From positions 1 through 47,800 of the forward strand of contig DAONDY010000002.1 in assembly GCA_035402805.1 (NCBI GenBank): 47,800 bases of DNA, given 5' to 3'. The notes under the pieces are model-generated. The model had not been told where the DNA came from. It ran no database searches and worked only from the letters and a program-made list of their open reading frames with translations. The DNA is from Candidatus Woesebacteria bacterium (lineage in GTDB: Bacteria; Patescibacteriota; Microgenomatia; UBA12405). Of this stretch, positions 37,687 to 44,880 are shown piece after piece (the first letter of the stretch is position 1; each line of letters opens with the position of its first letter). The position numbers were made by a program, and so were the translations under genes.

Positions 37687-37867
37687 CTCAAATGGATCTA
37701 TATTTTTGCCTATTTTTGTCCTTCGACGACAACATATTGTAGTAAAATCCTACATTTTGTCCTCTGAACCATAATACGTCATCGTTATTATCCTCTTAAC
37801 GTGCCTTGAGAGGATAATAATGATGTCATAGGTTGATATTAGCCCCTTGGTGGAAGTAGATACTTCT
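37687..37867. repeat. structured repeat element, copy R1
   Basis: Shares near-identical blocks with 41518-41753 in the same order and orientation: TCTATATTTT[T/A]GCCTATTTT, GAACCA[T/C]AATACGTCATC, AACGTGCCTTGAG[A/T]GGATAATAATGATG and CCTTGG[T/C]GG. It contains a 17-bp hairpin (37780-37796 pairs with 37809-37825; loop TAACGTGCCTTG). Confidence 0.75.
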
Positions 37868-37877
37868 GGATTCCTGT

Positions 37878-38206
37878 TTATGCAAACCATTTATTTGCTA
37901 AGTTCTGTCTACTCTTTTCTTTATAATTCACTTCTTGAGATAGTCTTAATATTCCTTTTGTTGGATCATAATGATCACTTAACTTACCTCTTGAAAGTTC
38001 AATTGGTATATTTTGCAAACCATGTTGATCTAATAATCTTCTTGCAACTTGAACTCCTGTATATCCTCTATTTGTTGGTACTCTCAAGTATTTGTTAAAG
38101 TTTGATTGTACCTTACTTTGAGCATAAATCGTTAAAATACTGCCGGAATTAAAATAATCATGGTTGGATCAAATCTAAAATAACTAAAAGGATAAAACAT
38201 TGTCAT
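37878..38206 (-). pseudogene. pseudogene: N-terminal third of a neutral zinc metallopeptidase (Zn_peptidase_2-type), frameshifted and 3'-truncated
   Basis: AAGGAG SD followed by ATG 38206 gives MTMFYPFSYFRFDPTMIILIPAVF. A 1-nt frameshift occurs in a T-run near 38132-38139. The sequence then continues TIYAQSKVQSNFNKYLRVPTNRGYTGVQVARRLLDQHGLQNIPIELSRGKLSDHYDPTKGILRLSQEV. Homology stops before the expected HExxH region at about 37915. Confidence 0.7.
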
Positions 38207-38226
38207 CACTCCTTGATTTAAAGTTT

Positions 38227-39591
38227 TTAGTAATCCAGTTCCCTTAATACGCTTTTAAACTGAATAGTAAATAGTATACTGGTTACTGTAACAGCAATAA
38301 TATCAGCTATTGGCTCTGCTAAAAATACTGCATTTACCTTATTTTGCAAAAATAAAGGTAATATATATATTAGTGGGATTAAAAGGAGTATTTTACGCAA
38401 AATAGCTAAAAATACAGATGTCTTTGCATTTCCCAGTGCAATAAAAGTTTGTTGACAACTGATTTGAATTCCAAATAGCAAAGAAGCAGCCATATAAATT
38501 CTCATTGTTTTAATAGAAATATTAATCAACTCAGCATCTTTAGTAAAAATTCTAGCAAATACTTGTGGAGATAACATTGCAATTGCCCACAATCCTATTG
38601 AATAAATTAGAGATAACTTAAGTAGTAACAAAAATGTTTCCTTAACCCGCTTACTATGACGTGCTCCATAGTTAAAACTAATAATTGGTGTAGCACCTTG
38701 GGTAAGTCCCATTAAGGGAAGCATAGAAAATTGCATAACACTTGATAGAATCGTCATTGACCCAACTGCTAAATCTCCACCGTATTTGAGTAAAGATGTA
38801 TTAAATGATATAGCTAAAATACTTTCTGTTGATTGCATAATAAATGGTGATAATCCAAGGGCAATACAAGGTAATAACACCTTAAAATCTATCCTTAAAT
38901 ATTTTTTCTTGATTTTTAATAAGGTCTTATCTCCTGTAAGAAACTTCATAACCCATAATGCAGAAACTCCTTGTGATATTATAGTTGCTAAAGCTGCACC
39001 TTTTACTCCCATATTAAATACAAAAATGAAAATAGGGTCTAGTATAATGTTTAATATTGCCCCAACTAGTACTGTAAGCATACTTGTTTTGGCAAATCCT
39101 TGTGCAGTAATAAATGCATTTAGACCTAAAGCGAGTTGTACAAATAGTGTTCCATAAGCATAGATATTTAAATAATCCAATGCATAGTTTATAGTATTTT
39201 CACTGGCACCAAATGTCATTAACATTTTCTCTCCAAATATAAGAACCACAGCTGTTAATGCAATTGAAATAAACACTAATGCACTTGTACAGTTTCCAAG
39301 TATTTTCTCAGCAGTATCCTTATCTCCTTTTCCCATCATAATTGAAGAACGTGGCGCACCACCCATACTAACTAAAGCAGCAAATGCTGATATAACCATA
39401 ATGATTGGCATGGTCACACCAACTGCTGTTAAGGCAGTAGCCCCTACATTAGGAATATGTCCAATATACATTCTATCTACCATATTGTACAAAAGGTTAA
39501 TAATCTGTGCTGTAATTGCAGGAATAGCCATACTAAAAAGTAACTTACTTATATTTTTTGTCCCTAATTCATTTTGTTGTTTATTTTCCAT
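38227..39591 (-). CDS. MATE family efflux transporter
   Basis: About 454 aa and 12 TM segments, with the typical N-terminal ...LLFSMAIPAITAQIINLLYNMVDRMYIGH. I chose the start at ATG 39591 (MENKQQ...), which is preceded by AGGGAG. The ORF is open to 39627 but would then overlap marR. Confidence 0.85.
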   Translation of the reverse strand: MENKQQNELGTKNISKLLFSMAIPAITAQIINLLYNMVDRMYIGHIPNVGATALTAVGVTMPIIMVISAFAALVSMGGAPRSSIMMGKGDKDTAEKILGNCTSALVFISIALTAVVLIFGEKMLMTFGASENTINYALDYLNIYAYGTLFVQLALGLNAFITAQGFAKTSMLTVLVGAILNIILDPIFIFVFNMGVKGAALATIISQGVSALWVMKFLTGDKTLLKIKKKYLRIDFKVLLPCIALGLSPFIMQSTESILAISFNTSLLKYGGDLAVGSMTILSSVMQFSMLPLMGLTQGATPIISFNYGARHSKRVKETFLLLLKLSLIYSIGLWAIAMLSPQVFARIFTKDAELINISIKTMRIYMAASLLFGIQISCQQTFIALGNAKTSVFLAILRKILLLIPLIYILPLFLQNKVNAVFLAEPIADIIAVTVTSILFTIQFKSVLRELDY

Positions 39592-39607
39592 CTCTTCTGT
39601 CTCCCTT

Positions 39608-40063
39608 TCATTCTTCAAATTGATCAATGATATTTTGATTCATTTTATTTAATACTGTTTCCATTGCTTGATATTCCTCCTCAGTAATATTATAAGTAAG
39701 AATATAAAAAAATTCTTTCTGAGCATCATGTAATTTTCCTACAATTGGAATAGCAACTGGTTCAATTTTTAGATGAATACATCTTTTGTCTATTTCATCT
39801 ATCTCATATGATAAATAACCTTTTCTATATAAAGAGTCTACGGACTTTGATATCATAGACTTTGACATAGCACGATATCTAGCTATATCCCTTGCGGTGT
39901 CAAGTGGACTATTATTATACAAAAATAAAAGTACATCAATTTCATTTTGGGTCAATTGTAATTCCTCAGTTAGTTGATAAAACATCTTTTCATACACTTT
40001 TTTTAACTTCCAATTAAATACTAAAAAAATACTGTTTTTATTATTAACTAATTCACTTTTCAT
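39608..40063 (-). CDS. MarR family transcriptional regulator
   Basis: 151 aa with a winged HTH (LTQNEIDVLLFLYNN..., ARDIARYRAMSKSMISKSVDSLYRKGYL, DKRCIHLKI). GAGGTG SD. It lies immediately upstream of the MATE gene. Confidence 0.85.
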   Translation of the reverse strand: MKSELVNNKNSIFLVFNWKLKKVYEKMFYQLTEELQLTQNEIDVLLFLYNNSPLDTARDIARYRAMSKSMISKSVDSLYRKGYLSYEIDEIDKRCIHLKIEPVAIPIVGKLHDAQKEFFYILTYNITEEEYQAMETVLNKMNQNIIDQFEE

Positions 40064-40086
40064 TTAAATTCACCTCATTTCTCAAT

Positions 40087-40106
40087 ATAGTTCATTATTG
40101 AACTAT
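40087..40106. promoter_or_regulatory. perfect palindrome ATAGTTCA-TTAT-TGAACTAT upstream of marR (probable MarR operator)
   Basis: 8-bp perfect arms, 24-43 nt upstream of the marR start codon. Confidence 0.5.
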
Positions 40107-40561
40107 GTTAACATATTTATTTCCCTTTTTCAATACAAATTCCAGTAGTACCATGCCTATCATTAACTAAAAACCTTTATAACTTTGTATTTTACATAAA
40201 ACTTAACATAAAGATTTTTCTTAACTTTTATTTTTGGCATAAAAAAAGCGAGTTTTCTAGGTTCATTGTTTACCTAAAGATCGCTTCTTTGTTTTAATTA
40301 TTAAATTTTAGATGTATATACTATTTTCCCTATTTCTTATCTTTTACAACTTTCATGTTTGAAATATCTATACTTACTGATTAGAAATCATTGTATCCCT
40401 TTTATATTTTCTTTCTCCTCTCCTATCTAATCTAAAAGAAAGGAAAACAAATAATATAATCACTACTTTACAGAAGGTATTCTAAAAACAAGGTAATCTT
40501 AGATAAAAAACCGATGATTATCTTTTTATATACGGAGACTTTACCTTCCTGAACTTTATCA

Positions 40562-40762
40562 TTATATATAAGAATAATCTTTATCTATAATTAAACTCTT
40601 ATTTAAATCTACTTGAACATTTTCCTTTAACTGTTCTGTAAATTCCCGACTTGAAATGACTACCATAGACTCACTGTTTATATAGCTACTTCTTGCATCA
40701 AAATTAAAAGATCCTATCACACTTATAGTATCATCGAATATATACGTTTTGCTGTGGATTGA
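40562..40762 (-). pseudogene. gene fragment: C-terminal HKD motif region of a phospholipase D / cardiolipin synthase-like protein
   Basis: The minus frame reads SIHSKTYIFDDTISVIGSFNFDARSSYINSESMVVISSREFTEQLKENVQVDLNKSLIIDKDYSYI-stop. It carries HxK(x)4D...GSxN, but a stop codon sits immediately upstream (40763-40765), so only about 66 codons remain. Confidence 0.6.
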
Positions 40763-40867
40763 TTATTTCAATGTATTCAAATCTTTATTATATCTTTATA
40801 GTTCTCTACTTTGCAAATAGTTTTTAAACTTTTCTGCTCATATTGCATTGAATTGTCTTAAAAGTAG

Positions 40868-41334
40868 CTATTGTATTCCACCTGAACGGACAGCTTTTAT
40901 GAATTCTGGCGGATTAATAAAATGAAGCCCTTTATCGTTAATCCAGCTAGTTTCAGAAAGGAGATTCTTCATAGTGTCTGCGTCTAATTCAGGATTTACC
41001 TGCCAACCAAGTGCCAGTACACCACATATGGAACAGCCCAACTTTGGCCTCCAACTCCATCATAACGATAGCAATAATCACCTTCAACAAGTCCTTGGGC
41101 TAATGTTCGAAAAGATGCTGGTGCATAAATCATATTTTTTGCACTTTCATGTGTAAAGTCCATATCATACCTTGCTGGGTACCCAGGGTTACACTTAGAT
41201 ACATTATTTGGATCAGATATATCATAATATGATGAAAACACAAAATCAGTATGCTCATTTGTAGGACAGTCAATAACCATTATCCCATCTTCTTCGGCTT
41301 CAAAAACAGCATTCTCCCACAATTCTCCATTTTT
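40868..41334 (-). pseudogene. gene fragment: C-terminal part of a serine-peptidase-like protein, 5'-truncated and frameshifted
   Basis: The frame is open only from about 41334 (no plausible N-terminus). It reads ...YDGVGGQSWAVPYV, then shifts frame near 41000-41010 and continues LALGWQVNPELDADTMKNLLSETSWINDKGLHFINPPEFIKAVRSGGIQ-TAG. The G-x-S-x-A-x-P-x-V pattern resembles the subtilase Ser motif, but the family call is tentative. Confidence 0.4.
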
Positions 41335-41517
41335 AAACCAACATCTTTAAGTTTTACAAACCAAGACATTAAAAAGCACCTTAATAATTTCATTCTAAAT
41401 CAATATAAATTATTTAGGGAATCTTAGCTTCACACTTATCTACTGATGTTCATCTATAGTATCTTATTCAACCATTCATTTATCAACCTGATTTTCCTAC
41501 TTTTGTCCTTGCCATCA

Positions 41518-41753
41518 CTCAAATTATCCAATGTCATCTATATTTTAGCCTATTTTCAAGGGTCAAAAAACGGTGTTCTTCTACCGTTTTTTGACCCTTA
41601 TTTCGTCTTCAAACCACTACATGTTGTGGTCAACTTCTATTTCTTGCTTTCCGAACCACAATACGTCATCAGAATTATACTCTCAACGTGCCTTGAGTGG
41701 ATAATAATGATGACGCTTCAAGCTGGTTATTCCTTGGCGGCAGGATACCTTTC
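41518..41753. repeat. structured repeat element, copy R2 (with inserted 14-bp hairpin)
   Basis: Same conserved blocks as R1. The long imperfect hairpin pairs 41664-41686 with 41693-41716. Relative to R1 it carries an extra GGGTCAAAAAACGG/CCGTTTTTTGACCC hairpin. Confidence 0.75.
41570..41607. terminator. 14-bp perfect hairpin with internal A6/T6 runs (bidirectional terminator-like)
   Basis: GGGTCAAAAAACGG (41570-41583), a 10-nt loop, then CCGTTTTTTGACCC (41594-41607). Confidence 0.45.
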
Positions 41754-41981
41754 TAAAAAAGATAAACGACAGTTTTGATTATTATTTTAAAGCTGCCGCT
41801 ATGGTAAATATCTGTCATTTAGATATAACAAAGTGTCCTTCGCAGCGCAGCAACTATTTTTTCTTTTACCGTCATGAGGGTGGACATCGCTTTTTCAATT
41901 TTAGTTCATCTACTTCGGACACCATTTCCCGAGGTGACCCCAATAGCCCAAAAAGATGAAGGAGAGAAAACGTTGATACTC

Positions 41982-42833
41982 TTAGTCAATATATTTCTGG
42001 TCTATCATTAGATCATTCGCTGATATATACGGATTATGATACAGCTTCCTTTTATCTGGAAGTTTCATCATACGCATAAATGGTGTATTGATTTTTTCAA
42101 GCTGTTCAGGCGGTAAATGATACTTGATTGCTTTTTCCGGACAGAAAGAAACACACGCCATACAACAACTGCAATTATGCAAAAATAGGGGGTGTAAGTT
42201 CTCCATTGTAATATTTTTCTTCGGGCAAATTTTTGAGCAAATCCCACAGGAAATACAATCATCGGAAACAGAAAACCCTTTATCCACTTCTGCTTGTATA
42301 GCCCGATATTTCGGCATCATCTTCGGATAGATCAGCCTTGTCAGCCACCCAGCTTTCGCATAGGTGTTCGTCGCTTTCTTCTGAATCATGCCAGATATCT
42401 TTGCAATCTTCCGCTCTGTTGCAGGAACACGCAGTTTTGGAAAGGGAAATGGAGGATAAACAATACAGAGATTTGCAACAGAAAATATCCTTTTTCCGTA
42501 TTGCAATCTTGCACCTTTCTCTTTTAGGAGTTTATCCAGTACTTCAAAAGAAAACCCGTTGATAAAGCTGGGTGTTGAAACAGCAAAAATATAGGCATTG
42601 GGATTGATTTCCAGATCAGAAACAAACTCCTGTATGGCTTCACATATAGTCCAGTGGTACACTGGAAAAACAAATCCAACTATATCCGAATTGATAGCTG
42701 GAACATCCGATGGATTGCACCGCATAGAAATGATTTCAGTATTCCCTAGCACTTGTGCAATAACAATTGCTGCTCTCATGCTGTTTCCAGTTCCTGAAAA
42801 ATAGAAGATTCTATTCTTCATACCTGACTGCAT
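41982..42833 (-). CDS. EFR1-like ferredoxin (flavodoxin-like domain plus two 4Fe-4S motifs)
   Basis: I chose the start at ATG 42833 (MQSGMKNRIFYFSGTGNS...), 8 nt after GGGAGGTG. It contains CISCGICSKICP and CSCCMACVSFCP ferredoxin motifs. The ORF is open to 42926. Confidence 0.75.
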   Translation of the reverse strand: MQSGMKNRIFYFSGTGNSMRAAIVIAQVLGNTEIISMRCNPSDVPAINSDIVGFVFPVYHWTICEAIQEFVSDLEINPNAYIFAVSTPSFINGFSFEVLDKLLKEKGARLQYGKRIFSVANLCIVYPPFPFPKLRVPATERKIAKISGMIQKKATNTYAKAGWLTRLIYPKMMPKYRAIQAEVDKGFSVSDDCISCGICSKICPKKNITMENLHPLFLHNCSCCMACVSFCPEKAIKYHLPPEQLEKINTPFMRMMKLPDKRKLYHNPYISANDLMIDQKYID

Positions 42834-42854
42834 AATATCTTCACCTCCCATCCT

Positions 42855-42870
42855 TGTCACACTTGTGACA
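42855..42870. promoter_or_regulatory. palindrome TGTCACA-CT-TGTGACA in the divergent TetR/EFR1 intergenic region (probable TetR operator)
   Basis: Perfect 7-bp arms. A further TGTGACAC half-site lies at 42947-42954. Confidence 0.5.
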
Positions 42871-42973
42871 TTTTGTATTTTTAAGTATAATTGATTTAAG
42901 ACAGATTGACAAGGTACGCAGCACAAGTGCTACAAAACATCTGATTTGTGACACTGAATAGAGGAGGCGGCTC

Positions 42974-43525
42974 ATGATACAAGAAATTACTAACCCTATT
43001 GCTATCCAGTCCCGGGAATGGTTAACAAACGCTTTGCTTGTTTTAATGGAAGAAAAAGAATTTAAGAACATAAGCATAACAGAAATTGCGACAAAAGCTG
43101 ATTTATCCCGGCGAACATTTTATCGCATTTTTGAGACCAAAGAAGATATTTTAGTATACTACACGGATAAATTGTTCAGTGAATTTTTGCAATTACTAAA
43201 TCAAGAATCAGATCATCACTTTGCTGTTACCATCAGGCTTTATTTTCAATTTTGGTATGAGCATAGAAATTTCTTGGAACTATTAAGACGAAATGAAATG
43301 CTTCCATTTATTATGAACCAATATTCAAGGTTGTTCCCTGAAGTTTTTCAAATCATAAAAGGAAATCATCCACTCGCTCACAATACCGAGGCATTGTCCT
43401 ATGCCATGGCTTTTAGCGCAGGTGGCCTATTGAGTATTCTCTTAAAGTGGGCGGAAGGTGGAATGGATAAGACTCCCGAAGAAATAATGCAACTTATGGA
43501 GTTCGTGTTTCCATATTCTCTATAA
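42974..43525 (+). CDS. TetR/AcrR family transcriptional regulator
   Basis: 183 aa with an N-terminal HTH (FKNISITEIATKADLSRRTFYRIFETKEDIL). GAGGAGG SD. Confidence 0.85.
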   Translation: MIQEITNPIAIQSREWLTNALLVLMEEKEFKNISITEIATKADLSRRTFYRIFETKEDILVYYTDKLFSEFLQLLNQESDHHFAVTIRLYFQFWYEHRNFLELLRRNEMLPFIMNQYSRLFPEVFQIIKGNHPLAHNTEALSYAMAFSAGGLLSILLKWAEGGMDKTPEEIMQLMEFVFPYSL

Positions 43526-44089
43526 CTCTTTCAAAGATCGATTTGTATTTCGTACATTTGCATCCTACTTCAAAGCTACCATCTGGATAATGTATATGAA
43601 TGAAAAAAATGTCCATATAATTCACCCCATTTGGGGCAACGATATGTTTCATAACCGTGTCCGTCTGCAATAATTGCGTCATTTTTCTCTATCAGATTTC
43701 TTAATAAAGATCACCCCACTTCTTCTTGGCATAAGCCCCGTAACAAAAATTTCCCTAAGCTCATCGCCTAAGAAAACAAAAACATATTTGCATATTCACT
43801 TAAAATCCTCCAGATTATTTTGAATATCGCCACATTCATTTCTTCTGTAGATGCGGGGAAAGAGGGGGCTGAATAGCCGCAGGGTTTGCAGTTCAGTTTT
43901 CATGGTGCATCTATCCTTTCTTTTTGATTTCAGGCAACAAAAAAGCGGCTTTGTTTTTCAGTTACGAAGAACACAGCCGCTTTAAATTGCCCTACAGGGT
44001 ATTGGCTTTATGAAATTGTCTGCCGGATTGATTCCGGCCTAAAAAAAGAAACATCCCACTTTCTTCTAAAAAAGTAGAGTGCATCTATG

Positions 44090-44128
44090 AAAAACGAGGG
44101 TTCTGAATTTCTCATTCAAAACCCTCGT
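44090..44128 (-). terminator. rho-independent terminator downstream of tRNA-Ser(GCU)
   Basis: ACGAGGGTT (44094-44102) pairs with AACCCTCGT (44120-44128). The plus-strand A-run at 44090-44094 gives a U-run after the stem on the minus strand. Confidence 0.5.
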
Positions 44129-44183
44129 CAGGCCGCATAAATACTGGGTTTTTCAGCCCTGCATCTATTTTGACCTAATCTTC

Positions 44184-44271
44184 TGGCGGAAGGAGTGGGA
44201 GTCGAACCCACATGCCATTTTATTGACGCAGGTTTAGCAAACCTGTGGCTTACCATTCGCCGCATCCTTCC
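44184..44271 (-). tRNA. tRNA-Ser (anticodon GCT) with genomically encoded CCA
   Basis: The minus strand reads GGAAGGA-TG-...-CAGGT-TTGCTAA-ACCTG-(long variable arm GTCA-ATAAAA-TGGC)-GTGGG-TTCGACT-CCCAC-TCCTTCC-G-CCA. Confidence 0.85.
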
Positions 44272-44324
44272 TTTTTGGTGCTTAAGTATATCAAATTTTT
44301 GCCAAATGCTTTATTATTATATTA

Positions 44325-44849
44325 ATGGCGGAAGTTGATAATATCATAAAAAATACTAATGAAGAGAAAGTCCTGTTTGAATGGGAGGCTCCAGAAAGAT
44401 CATTTAAAAAAAGAGATAAAGATTTTTGGATTACAGTGATTGCAATTTTAGTGTTATTTTCGGTAGTTTTGATTTTTATCAAAGAATTTTTCTTAGTGGT
44501 GGCCTTAGTGTCTATTTTGTTTTTATATTATGTTTTATCGACAGTTCCCCCACAAAATATTAGAAATAAAATAACTAATAGAGGGGTTCATTTTGGCGGA
44601 TCTAAATATGAATGGGGTTTATTGTTAAGATTTTGGTTTAGAAAAAGTTTAAACAATGAACTTTTGGAATTTGAGACTAATTTGAGAGTTCCTAGACAAA
44701 TTTCGTTGGTGATTAACGAGACCGATAAGGGAAAAATTAAAGAAATAGTTTTGAAAAAACTGCCATTAGTGGAATCTTCGCCTAATTTTGTTGATAAATT
44801 AACAAAATGGTTTATAAACAGATTACCTTTGGAAAAGCGGGAAAAATAG
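44325..44849 (+). CDS. hypothetical membrane protein
   Basis: 174 aa with two adjacent TM helices followed by a soluble domain. No SD. Confidence 0.55.
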   Translation: MAEVDNIIKNTNEEKVLFEWEAPERSFKKRDKDFWITVIAILVLFSVVLIFIKEFFLVVALVSILFLYYVLSTVPPQNIRNKITNRGVHFGGSKYEWGLLLRFWFRKSLNNELLEFETNLRVPRQISLVINETDKGKIKEIVLKKLPLVESSPNFVDKLTKWFINRLPLEKREK

Positions 44850-44880
44850 ACTTTTTTTGGTATAATTCATTGTTTTACTA

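Noticed and set aside
37766-37800. Similarity of GAACCATAATACGT... (reverse complement ACGTATTATGGTTC) to the 3' half of group II intron domain V.
   Set aside because: The required complementary 5' half of domain V is absent. There is no GUGYG 5' end, no RT/maturase ORF and no other intron domains.
37847-37860. 12-13 nt resemblance of R1 (37847-37860) and R2 (41744-41757) to the 3' acceptor end of tRNA-Ser(GCU), read as tandem att sites.
   Set aside because: The match is too short and imperfect. It does not extend into the T-arm, and no integrase is present. I kept it only as a remark under the tRNA-Ser finding.
37847-38098. 83-aa plus-strand ORF 37847-38098.
   Set aside because: It is antisense to the clearly recognisable zinc-metallopeptidase fragment, and its translation is Leu/Phe/Ile-rich low complexity.
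40107-40561. 455-nt ORF-free AT-rich stretch upstream of marR, considered as a possible ncRNA or degraded gene.
   Set aside because: Apart from the MarR operator palindrome and one terminator-like hairpin (about 40246-40286), I see no repeat, conserved block or translatable fragment. There is nothing to support a call.
41446-41778. 110-aa plus-strand ORF spanning R2.
   Set aside because: It reads through a 14-bp perfect hairpin and the long R2 hairpin. The translation is low complexity, and the homologous R1 copy has no equivalent ORF.
42841-43077. 78-aa minus-strand ORF across the TetR/EFR1 divergent promoter region.
   Set aside because: It covers the operator palindrome and the tetR start. 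It has no SD, unlike every real gene in this block.
43494-43903. 62-aa ORF 43494-43682 (-) and a 35-codon ORF starting MKTELQTLRL... at 43903 (-), possibly remnants of a GNAT-type acetyltransferase.
   Set aside because: Only the first ~10 residues resemble the usual GNAT N-terminus (MKTELxTxRL). The remainder breaks into several frames with stops. I treat 43.53-44.09 kb as degraded DNA without a supportable gene call.
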